Assembly: GCA_046483305.1 (NCBI GenBank)
Contig: JAWODM010000040.1
Location: 1-33,396, forward strand
Direction: 5' to 3'
Length of the DNA stretch: 33,396 nt
Source of the DNA: Candidatus Krumholzibacteriales bacterium
GTDB taxonomy: Bacteria > Krumholzibacteriota > Krumholzibacteriia > Krumholzibacteriales > WJIX01
A program made the translations under genes and the position numbers. Positions 25,765-33,396 of the stretch are shown piece after piece. Within the stretch, counting starts at the first letter, position 1; every line of letters starts with the position of its first letter. The notes beneath the pieces are model-generated. The model worked only from the letters and a program-made list of their open reading frames with translations, did no database searches and was not told the origin of the DNA.

Positions 25765-26874
25765 ATGGCCTTTTCCGTGAAGGCGCTGAGCTGGATCAAA
25801 CTGCTTTCTGTAAGAGGGATCTCCGAATCAGGGTGGATGGTTCTGAGACAGAGGTTCGATATGGAGCGGCTGGTTGAGATGGCGGGAAGCAGGGTAGGCG
25901 TTCGCCAGCTTTCAAGGCTTACAGGAAATCGGGTTTCTGGTATTGATAATAAATTTATAAACAAACACTTAAAAGCGGCATCTAAGAATATACTCGAAGC
26001 GGTGACCATAGATGAGGAGAGTTATCCGGCACTTCTCAGAGAGATCAATGACCCGCCGCCGGTTCTCTTTTTCAGGGGAAGTCTGTTAGTCAATGAGAGC
26101 CTGAATATCGCGGTGGTCGGCTCCAGGAGCGCCGGACGAAGAGGGCTGGCCAACGCCCGCAGAATATCCTCTCAGCTTTCGGAAAGGTCGGTAACCGTGG
26201 TCAGCGGCCTGGCAAGAGGGGTGGATACAGCAGCGCATACGGGGGCCCTCAGGGGCGGCGGGGGGACCATCGCGGTAACCGGATGCGGGCTGGATATCGC
26301 CTATCCCCCGGAAAACTCGGACCTGGCAATGGAAATATCGAAAAACGGCTGTGTCATGACAGAACACCCGCTGGGAACGCCGCCGCTCAAGCACCATTTC
26401 CCCCGCAGGAACCGGATTCTGAGCGGGATATCCAGCGGAGTGGTAATCGTGGAAGCCGGCATAAGGAGCGGAGCTATGATAACGGCCCGATGGGCGGCCG
26501 ATCAGGGAAGGGAAGTGTTCGCGGTGCCCGGTCCGGTGGAGCATCCCGGAAGCGCCGGGCCCCACCGGCTGATAAAGGAGGGGGCGGTCCTGGTGGAAGG
26601 GGCCGATGATATTCTGGGGTTTCTCGACCCCTTCAGGAACGCGGCATGCCCGGAGCGTGCTTCCGGAAGAATGGAGCCGGAAGGGCTGGATGAACAGAAG
26701 AGCAGGCTGATCTCCCTTCTGGAACTGGAGCCGGTTCATGTCGACACCATAGCCAGGGAGATGAATACCGCAGCCGAGAGGGTGATGGCGCTTCTTCTGG
26801 AGATGGAGATGGCCGGGTACTGCCGCTCGCTGGGCGGCGGAATGTTCGCCCTGGTGGAGCGATATGGCCGTTAG
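25765..26874 (+). CDS. dprA: DNA-processing protein DprA
   Basis: YPALLREINDPPPVLF, AVVGSR, VSGLARGVDTAAH, HFPRRNRILSG, SGAMITA, GREVFAVPG, C-terminal winged-helix. Start at ATG 25765 after GGAGG. Confidence 0.95.
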   Translation: MAFSVKALSWIKLLSVRGISESGWMVLRQRFDMERLVEMAGSRVGVRQLSRLTGNRVSGIDNKFINKHLKAASKNILEAVTIDEESYPALLREINDPPPVLFFRGSLLVNESLNIAVVGSRSAGRRGLANARRISSQLSERSVTVVSGLARGVDTAAHTGALRGGGGTIAVTGCGLDIAYPPENSDLAMEISKNGCVMTEHPLGTPPLKHHFPRRNRILSGISSGVVIVEAGIRSGAMITARWAADQGREVFAVPGPVEHPGSAGPHRLIKEGAVLVEGADDILGFLDPFRNAACPERASGRMEPEGLDEQKSRLISLLELEPVHVDTIAREMNTAAERVMALLLEMEMAGYCRSLGGGMFALVERYGR

Positions 26875-27010
26875 CGGGCGCCGGCCGGGATTTAATTCTC
26901 GCAGGGGGAGAAAATATCTTTATATTTAAACGGAACAGGGTATAGTTGACGAAAGGATCCAGCAGAGGCCTGCAATATGATATGATTGAACTTAATCTGC
27001 CGGGAGAGTT

Positions 27011-28144
27011 ATGCCGGATAGAGATTTGAAGACTGTAGTCACCCTGGAGAAATGCTCCGGTTATCAGCCGCAGGAGGTAAGAGAAGCCCTCCAGAGCTGC
27101 TTTTACCCCTTCGGGGGAGCGGGAGAGTACATCAAGAGGGGGGACCGTGTACTCCTCAAGCCGAATATGCTCTCAGCCAAAGCGCCGGAGAGAGCTATTA
27201 CCACCCATCCGGGGATTATCAGGGTAATGGCTGAGATGGTGCGCGACCTGGGAGCTACCCCGTTTATCGGGGACAGCCCCGGGGGTGTACTCAGAGGGGT
27301 GGCGCGTGTCTGGGAGAATACCGGCATACGGGAGATGGCGGATAGAAACGATATAGAGCTGGTCAGTTTCGAGGCCTCCGGTTCGGAGGAGATAGATTCC
27401 GGCGGGTACCGGTTCTATGTGGCCAGGCCGGTTCTGGAGGCGGACCGGGTGATCAACCTGGCCAAGCTCAAGACCCATACCCTTACCCTGCTGACCGCCG
27501 CGGTAAAGAATATGTTCGGAGTAATCCCCGGGTTCAGAAAGAGCGTTCAGCACAAGCTTTTTCCAAAACCACGGGAGTTCGCGGAGATGCTGGTTGAGCT
27601 TTATAGAGTTGTAACGCCCGATTTCAGTATAGTAGACGCGGTTCTGGCGATGGAGGGTAACGGGCCCAGTTCCGGGGAGCCGGCCTGGCTGAACCTTCTT
27701 ATCGCCGGAGAGGATGCGGTTGCCATAGATGCTGTTTGCGCTGATATAATCGGCTACAAGCCGGGAGTTATCGACAGCACCAGGATAGCCGGGGAAAAGG
27801 GGGTTGGGACCTCCGCCCTGGATGATATTCAGCGGACCGGCAGCGCGGCCGTGTTCAGGGCCGAAGGGTTCGAGCTCACCTCCAATACCGGATTAAGGAT
27901 GATCCCCGATTTTCTGGTGAAGCTGGTCAAACCGCTGGTATGGATAAGACCGGAGATAGACCCGGAACTCTGCACCGGCTGCAGGTTGTGCGAAAAGAGC
28001 TGCCCGGTGAAGGTGATCAGCTTCGACGGCTCAGTCTGCGAGATCGACAGCTCCGGGTGCGTCAACTGCATGTGCTGTCACGAGCTATGCCCGGAGAACG
28101 CGGTGGAGGTAAGGATGAGCAAACTGGCCAGGATAATATCGTAG
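27011..28144 (+). CDS. DUF362 domain protein with C-terminal 2x[4Fe-4S] ferredoxin
   Basis: VLLKPN, TTHP, GDSPG, INLAKLKTH, KNMFG, MEGNGP, DAVAID. Cluster motifs CTGCRLCEKSCP and CVNCMCCHELCP. Confidence 0.9.
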   Translation: MPDRDLKTVVTLEKCSGYQPQEVREALQSCFYPFGGAGEYIKRGDRVLLKPNMLSAKAPERAITTHPGIIRVMAEMVRDLGATPFIGDSPGGVLRGVARVWENTGIREMADRNDIELVSFEASGSEEIDSGGYRFYVARPVLEADRVINLAKLKTHTLTLLTAAVKNMFGVIPGFRKSVQHKLFPKPREFAEMLVELYRVVTPDFSIVDAVLAMEGNGPSSGEPAWLNLLIAGEDAVAIDAVCADIIGYKPGVIDSTRIAGEKGVGTSALDDIQRTGSAAVFRAEGFELTSNTGLRMIPDFLVKLVKPLVWIRPEIDPELCTGCRLCEKSCPVKVISFDGSVCEIDSSGCVNCMCCHELCPENAVEVRMSKLARIIS

Positions 28145-28156
28145 AGGGGGCACGGC

Positions 28157-29071
28157 ATGGCAGGTAGCTGGAAAAGATTCAGGCACAGGCTGGAACTTCT
28201 GGGGGTTCATTTTCTGGCCTTTCTTCCCAGGCTGCTTCCATACAGGACAGCAGTCAGGTTCGGAACCGTTCTGGGCGTTATAGCTTTCGATATAGTCAGG
28301 ATAAGAAGGGATGTCACACTCGCCAACCTGAGGCGGGCCTTCGGAGAAGAGATGAGCGCCCGTGAGAGGATCAGAACGGCCAGGCGCTCCTACATCAACT
28401 TCGCCAGGTCGATGATAGAGTTCGCCTCGATCCCGCGCCTTAATGAAAGAAGGATTGGAGAACTGGTCTCTTTTGAGGGGAAAAGCCATGTCGACAGGGC
28501 GCTTGAAAAGGGGAAGGGGGCGGTGATAGTCACCGGGCATTTTGGAAGCTGGGAGCTTCTGGGGGCTGCCGCCGCCAGCTCCGGGATGCCGGTCGATTTC
28601 CTGGTCGGCGAGCAGACCAACCGGCTGGTGGACGACTATATAAACAGCCTGCGGGCCAGCGCCGGGATCGGAACCATACCGATGGGCGTTACCATGAGGG
28701 GGGTGTTCAAGGCTCTGAGGAGCAACAGGGTGGTGGCGATGCTCTCAGACCAGGACGCCAGAAGGGGAGGTATCTTCGTCGATTTCTTCGGGATACCGTC
28801 CTCCACATATCCGGGAGCTTCACAGTTCGCCTTCCGCCTGGGCTCGCCGGTAATATTCTGCTATATAGTCAGGAATGAGGACGAAACTCACCGGGCGATT
28901 TTCCTTCCTCCCATGGAAGCAGACCCCGGAAAGGACAGGGATCAGGAGATCCGCCGCCTGACCGCCGGGTTTACAAAAGCGCTGGAGGAGGCGATCCGGG
29001 AGCATCCCGATCACTACTTCTGGGCGCACCGGCGCTGGAAGACCAGGCCGCCCGCCGAATCTGAACATTAA
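28157..29071 (+). CDS. Lipid A late acyltransferase / lysophospholipid acyltransferase (LpxL/HtrB family)
   Basis: TGHFGSWE, MLSDQD, FVDFFG, HPDHYFWAHRRWKT motifs. Confidence 0.9.
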   Translation: MAGSWKRFRHRLELLGVHFLAFLPRLLPYRTAVRFGTVLGVIAFDIVRIRRDVTLANLRRAFGEEMSARERIRTARRSYINFARSMIEFASIPRLNERRIGELVSFEGKSHVDRALEKGKGAVIVTGHFGSWELLGAAAASSGMPVDFLVGEQTNRLVDDYINSLRASAGIGTIPMGVTMRGVFKALRSNRVVAMLSDQDARRGGIFVDFFGIPSSTYPGASQFAFRLGSPVIFCYIVRNEDETHRAIFLPPMEADPGKDRDQEIRRLTAGFTKALEEAIREHPDHYFWAHRRWKTRPPAESEH

Positions 29072-29084
29072 AAACCGGGCAGGA

Positions 29085-29396
29085 TTAATTCTCCATATCG
29101 CTTCCCGGCTGAAACCCTGTCGCCTGGGCTCTATTCTTGCCCTTTATCTCTATTTCGCCGAATCTCTCCTCGAAGCCTTTTATTGTCCTCTCCAGCATTA
29201 TAAGAAGAGATTTGGCCGCGGGGGGCGTCATTATTATCCGGGAGTGCACCTTGGCCTTCTGAAGCCCGGGGAGCATCCTGGCGAAGTCCAGCACGAACTC
29301 GCCGGCGGTATGGGAGGTAAGAACGAAGTTGGAGTAGGTTCCGTCAGCGGTCTCCTGGGGAAGCTCTATCTGTATCTGCTGCTGCTTCTTTTTCAT
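29085..29396 (-). CDS. DUF3467 family protein
   Basis: QIQIEL...GTYSNFV...EFVLDF...SRIIMTP..AKSL...FEERFGEI pattern. Confidence 0.85.
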   Translation of the reverse strand: MKKKQQQIQIELPQETADGTYSNFVLTSHTAGEFVLDFARMLPGLQKAKVHSRIIMTPPAAKSLLIMLERTIKGFEERFGEIEIKGKNRAQATGFQPGSDMEN

Positions 29397-29504
29397 GATA
29401 TCACTCTTTCAAAAAGCTGAATAAACTATTAACTTGTAAATATTATAACATGTATTAATAACTATTTTAAGCATGAAACGGTAAATAAAAGAGGGGGATC
29501 AGTA

Positions 29505-29798
29505 ATGAACGGGGAATCAAACCGCCTGGATGACGGGTTCACGGTAGTTGCCGAAGTAGTCAGCCGGAAGGGAGAATGCGCCGCCGGACACCGGGTGGGA
29601 GACAGAGTGGTATTCGACGGCCTGAATATCGACGGCCCGGTCTGCCTTCACGCCCTGTACAGCTTTCTGCCCAAGGTATTCGCCATGAGATACGGCGCTG
29701 AATTTCCCTGGCTGGACGACCCCGGCGCTGCAAGGCACGCCTGCCCGGACGCTCAGAACCCGGTGGTATTCGAGATCAGAAGGATGAGGGGGAAATAA
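29505..29798 (+). CDS. TIGR04076-type small Cys/His protein
   Basis: KGECAAGHRVGD...CLHAL..FLP...FPW...CPD..NPVVFEI pattern. RBS GAGGGG. Confidence 0.8.
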   Translation: MNGESNRLDDGFTVVAEVVSRKGECAAGHRVGDRVVFDGLNIDGPVCLHALYSFLPKVFAMRYGAEFPWLDDPGAARHACPDAQNPVVFEIRRMRGK

Positions 29799-29822
29799 CC
29801 GGCCCCGCGAGTTAATTAAACC

Positions 29823-29851
29823 TTGCCAGCTATGGAGATCGCTGTTAATCT
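29823..29851 (+). promoter_or_regulatory. Putative sigma-70 promoter for gatCAB
   Basis: TTGCCA-N17-TAATCT with an extended -10 TG at 29843-29844. Confidence 0.5.
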
Positions 29852-29887
29852 CCACCTGAAATTATCTGAACGGCGCGGGAGGATAAA

Positions 29888-30181
29888 TTGACGCTTTCAG
29901 ACGAAGAGATAAAACATATCGAGGAGCTGGCCAAGATACGGCTGGGCCCGGAGGCCAGGGACAGGCTCCGGGGGCAGCTCTCCGATATCATAGATTTCGT
30001 GAAGATGCTTCAGAAGACCGATACTTCCGGCTATCCGGGGGCCCCTTACCTGGAGAGATTCATCGCTGACCTGCGTGGAGGCGCCTCCGGCGGGGAGCTT
30101 GACCACGAAGAAGTAATGAAGCAGGCACCCGGCCGAGATGGCGGATTCTTCCGGGTTCCCCCGGTAATAGAGAAGGAGTAG
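29888..30181 (+). CDS. gatC: Asp/Glu-tRNA amidotransferase subunit C
   Basis: HIEELAKI...QLSDIIDFV...APGRDGGFFRVPPVI. TTG start after GGGAGG; lies upstream of gatA. Confidence 0.9.
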   Translation: MTLSDEEIKHIEELAKIRLGPEARDRLRGQLSDIIDFVKMLQKTDTSGYPGAPYLERFIADLRGGASGGELDHEEVMKQAPGRDGGFFRVPPVIEKE

Positions 30182-30190
30182 GCGCGGGCT

Positions 30191-31636
30191 GTGGAACTTA
30201 ACAGAATGAGCATAAAAGAGCTGAAAGACCTTTACCGGAGAGGCGAGGCGAAACCGGCCGATGCGGTCAGAGCCTGTCTGGAGAGGATCGAAGAAAAGGA
30301 TGAAGTGATAGGAGCCTTCCTGAGGACCTTTCCGGATGAGGCGATGAAAAGGGCCAAACGCCTGGAAGAGGAGGGCTTCAGGGACCTTCCCATGTGGGGA
30401 GTCCCGGTGGCGGTAAAGGATAATATCTGCACCCGCGGCCAGGAGACAACCGCCGGCTCCAGGATGCTGGAAGGGTACCTGCCCCCCTACAGCGCCACTG
30501 TGGTGGACCGGCTGAAAGAGGCAGGAGCGATAATCATCGGCAAGACCAACATGGACGAGTTCGCCATGGGCTCTTCCACAGAGAACTCAGCCTACCGGAA
30601 TACAGCCAACCCCTGGAACGAGCTCTGCGCCCCGGGCGGCTCCAGCGGGGGCTCGGCGGCGGCGGTAGCGGCCGGTATGGCGACGGTAGCCCTGGGATCC
30701 GATACCGGAGGCTCCATCAGGCAGCCGGCATCCCTCTGTGGGATAGCGGGTCTGAAGGGCACCTACGGAAGGGTATCCAGGTACGGCCTGATCGCCTTCG
30801 CCAGCAGCCTGGACCAGATAGGCCCGATGACGGCGACGGTGAAAGACTCCGCCATCACCCTCGGTGTGATAGGGGGGAAAGACCCACGGGACGCCACCAC
30901 CATACCGGAAGAGCCGGAAGACTATATCTCAGAGATAGATAAGGGGATAAAGGGATTCAGGGTGGCCGTCCCCAGGGGTCTGGACCGCTATGAGATAGAA
31001 CCGGAGATTGCAGCGATTCTCAGAGAAACCGAAAAAGAGCTGGCTGCCTCGGGCGCGGAGATTACCGAGGTGGAACTTCCCGACCTGGACGCTTCGATCG
31101 CCTGCTACTACGTTCTGGCCAACGCCGAGGCATCCAGCAACCTGGCCCGCTACGACGGGGTTAAGTACGGGTTCAGGGCGGACTCAGATACCCTGGACGA
31201 GATGTACAAGAGAACCAGGGGGGGCGGGTTCGGCGACGAGGTTAAGAGAAGGATTCTGCTGGGCACATACGTCCTCTCGGCGGGATACTACGACGCCTAT
31301 TACAACAAGGCCCAGGAGGTGAGGGGGATGATCTGCGGGATGTTCGAGGAGATCTTCGCAGAGTACGACCTGGTGATGCTTCCCACCGCCCCTGGTGGAG
31401 CCTTCAGGATAGGAGAAAAGATAGATGACCCGGTACAGATGTACCTTTCGGATATATTCACCACCCCGGTCAACATTGCGGGGCTTCCGGGGATATCAGT
31501 CCCGGCCGGCCTCAACGAAAAGGGACTTCCGCTGGGGATTCAGCTGATAGCCGGGTACGGCCAGGAGTCGAAGCTGCTCCGAGGCGCCGCCCACCTGGAG
31601 AAGATGTACGGATTTGATTCGAACCCCGAAGGGTAA
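30191..31636 (+). CDS. gatA: Asp/Glu-tRNA amidotransferase subunit A
   Basis: VAVKDN, GKTNMDEFAMGSS, GGSSGGS, GSDTGGSIRQPA, SNLARYDG, EVKRRILLG. GTG start. Confidence 0.97.
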   Translation: MELNRMSIKELKDLYRRGEAKPADAVRACLERIEEKDEVIGAFLRTFPDEAMKRAKRLEEEGFRDLPMWGVPVAVKDNICTRGQETTAGSRMLEGYLPPYSATVVDRLKEAGAIIIGKTNMDEFAMGSSTENSAYRNTANPWNELCAPGGSSGGSAAAVAAGMATVALGSDTGGSIRQPASLCGIAGLKGTYGRVSRYGLIAFASSLDQIGPMTATVKDSAITLGVIGGKDPRDATTIPEEPEDYISEIDKGIKGFRVAVPRGLDRYEIEPEIAAILRETEKELAASGAEITEVELPDLDASIACYYVLANAEASSNLARYDGVKYGFRADSDTLDEMYKRTRGGGFGDEVKRRILLGTYVLSAGYYDAYYNKAQEVRGMICGMFEEIFAEYDLVMLPTAPGGAFRIGEKIDDPVQMYLSDIFTTPVNIAGLPGISVPAGLNEKGLPLGIQLIAGYGQESKLLRGAAHLEKMYGFDSNPEG

Positions 31637-31654
31637 AAGAGATAAGGAAAGCTT

Positions 31655-33091
31655 ATGGCAGGCAGGAAATACGAGCCGGTAATCGGGATAGAGGTTCACG
31701 CACAGCTTCTGACCTCAACCAAGATATTCTGCTCCTGCAGGCCCGAGTACGGGGCCGAGCCCAACACGCGGGTATGCCCGGTATGCCTGGGTCTTCCCGG
31801 AGCGCTTCCGGTTCTCAGCGAAGAGGCGGTGGATATGGCGGTTATGATGGGGCTGGCCCTGGGGTGCGATATCGCCCCGCGGAGCATCTTCGCCCGGAAG
31901 AATTACTTCTACCCGGACTGCCCAAAGAACTACCAGATATCGATGTACGACAAACCGCTGTGCGAGAACGGCCTGGTGACCCTGGAGACCGGACATGGAG
32001 AGGTGGAGATAGGGGTGGAGAGGATACACCTTGAGGATGACGCGGGGAAGATGACCCATACCGGAGAGGGTGCCAGCCATGTAGATTTCAACCGCTGCGG
32101 GGTTCCCCTGATAGAGATAGTGACCAGGCCTGATATCAGGTCGGCCAGTCAGGCTTCCGGATACCTCAAGCGGCTCCGCCAGATCCTCAGGTACCTGGGC
32201 ATCTGCGACGGCAACCTGGAAGAGGGCTCCATGCGCTGTGACGTGAATATCTCGGTAAGAGAGGTTGGCAGCGATCAGCTTGGCACCAAGACCGAGATCA
32301 AGAACCTCAACTCCTTCAAGGCGGTGGAGAAGGGGATAGAATTCGAGGTGGAGAGGCAGATCAGGGTGCTGGAGGAGGGCGGCAGCATATCCCAGGTGAC
32401 CAACCTCTGGGATGCAGATAACCAGCGGCTGATCATGATGAGGAGCAAGGAGGAGGCGCACGACTACAGGTACTTCCCGGAGCCGGATCTTCTGCCCCTG
32501 CAGGTTTCCGGAGAAAAGGTATCGGCAGTTAAGGACAAACTCCCCGAGCTTCCTCTGCAGAAAGAGAGAAGGTTCAGGGAGCAGTACGGGCTCAGCGAAT
32601 ACGACGCCGAGGTTCTCTGCGCCGAACGCAGCATAGCCGATTATTACGAAGAAGTGGCTGCCGGGAGCGGCCTTCCCAAGAAGAGCGCAAACTGGGTGAT
32701 GCGGGAGGTAATGGGGGAGCTGAAGAAGAGCAGCATAGCGATAGAGAAGTTCGTAGTTAAATCGGCCTCCCTGGCGGAGCTGGTAAGGCTGATCTCGGAC
32801 GGTGCCATCAGCGGCTCGGCCGCCGGCGAGGTATTCGAGAAGATGGTTCAGACCGGAAAAGAGGCGAAGGTGCTGGTAGCAGAGCTGGGCCTGGAACAGA
32901 TCAGCGAATCGTCGGAGCTGGAGCAGATGGCTGCGAGAATTATAGAAGAACACCCGGAGGAGGCGGCAGACTACCGGGTCGGCAAGAAGAAGCTTATCGG
33001 ATTCTTTATGGGACAGGTGATGAAGGCGAGCAGGGGGAAAGCTAATCCCGGCATGGCCAGGGAGATACTGATGAAGAAACTGGAGGAGTAG
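31655..33091 (+). CDS. gatB: Asp/Glu-tRNA amidotransferase subunit B
   Basis: IGIEVHAQL, RKNYFYPD, HLEDDAGK, DFNRCGVPLIEIV, EIKNLNS, DYRYFPEPD, GQVMK...GKANP. Confidence 0.97.
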   Translation: MAGRKYEPVIGIEVHAQLLTSTKIFCSCRPEYGAEPNTRVCPVCLGLPGALPVLSEEAVDMAVMMGLALGCDIAPRSIFARKNYFYPDCPKNYQISMYDKPLCENGLVTLETGHGEVEIGVERIHLEDDAGKMTHTGEGASHVDFNRCGVPLIEIVTRPDIRSASQASGYLKRLRQILRYLGICDGNLEEGSMRCDVNISVREVGSDQLGTKTEIKNLNSFKAVEKGIEFEVERQIRVLEEGGSISQVTNLWDADNQRLIMMRSKEEAHDYRYFPEPDLLPLQVSGEKVSAVKDKLPELPLQKERRFREQYGLSEYDAEVLCAERSIADYYEEVAAGSGLPKKSANWVMREVMGELKKSSIAIEKFVVKSASLAELVRLISDGAISGSAAGEVFEKMVQTGKEAKVLVAELGLEQISESSELEQMAARIIEEHPEEAADYRVGKKKLIGFFMGQVMKASRGKANPGMAREILMKKLEE

Positions 33092-33209
33092 GGGCCTTCA
33101 TTTGTGAAATCCTTTACGAATAATTTCCTGTTGCGATAAAAAGTGGCAAATTATTTACCGCCAACAGTGGGCGTTCACTCTCAAAAAAATTAAATTCCTG
33201 AAAAGATCC

Positions 33210-33238
33210 TTGAAAAATATTTTCTATCGGAATAGAAT
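33210..33238 (+). promoter_or_regulatory. Putative sigma-70 promoter for the gene starting at 33309
   Basis: TTGAAA-N17-TAGAAT. Confidence 0.6.
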
Positions 33239-33308
33239 CTTCAATCACCCGCGCCCGGCGGGCTGAAATACCTGAGAGTGCTTTGTGAATGATGAAGGGA
33301 GGAAGAAG

Positions 33309-33396
33309 ATGAAAAGAGCGCTTTTTATTTTATCTGTCACTTTTTCAGTTCTGGTTGTCCCTCTTGGCGGAGGGCTGCGTGCTGAAATACTTATCA
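33309..33396 (+). CDS. 5' end of a secreted protein (runs off the window)
   Basis: GGAGG RBS, then MKRALFILSVTFSVLVVPLGGGLRA-EILI, a signal-peptide-like sequence open to the window end. Confidence 0.65.
   Translation, partial: MKRALFILSVTFSVLVVPLGGGLRAEILI

Noticed and set aside
31715..32953. 412-aa minus-strand ORF
   Set aside because: Lies wholly antisense to gatB; no family features.
33103..33118. CRP/FNR-like TGTGA-N6-TTACG
   Set aside because: Only one good half-site, with no supporting second instance.

Overview
Gene-dense bacterial chromosomal segment from a diderm organism (LpxL-type acyltransferase, secretin, outer-membrane beta-barrel) that probably uses a [NiFe] hydrogenase. I found no mobile element, CRISPR array or rRNA. 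In order: the tail of an HD-GYP-type protein, a secreted hypothetical, a single-domain response regulator, a TM-HAMP-like protein, DUF116, an EamA transporter, a TPR lipoprotein, hypBCD and tRNA-Thr(CGT). A type IVa pilus locus follows in two blocks: ABC ATPase + ABC permease + TPR-like membrane protein + pilD, then pilMNOPQ. Each block has its own sigma-54 -24/-12 promoter match. After that come rsmD-coaD-aminotransferase-GlcD-like oxidase-obgE, a convergent lipoprotein serpin, a beta-barrel OMP, an MIO-family aromatic amino acid lyase, a lipoprotein metallophosphoesterase, dprA, DUF362-ferredoxin, an LpxL-type acyltransferase, DUF3467, a TIGR04076-type protein, gatCAB and the start of a secreted protein. 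Most notable: (1) the lyase has Ala-Cys-Gly instead of the canonical Ala-Ser-Gly MIO triad, a mixed HAL/PAL set of active-site motifs and no hut neighbours; (2) a 20-bp imperfect palindrome is shared (18/20) between its upstream region and the intergenic region after gatB; (3) the pilus locus has Myxococcus/Geobacter-like PilHIG(Xap) architecture with twin sigma-54 promoters. All family assignments come from motif recognition by eye; no searches were run.
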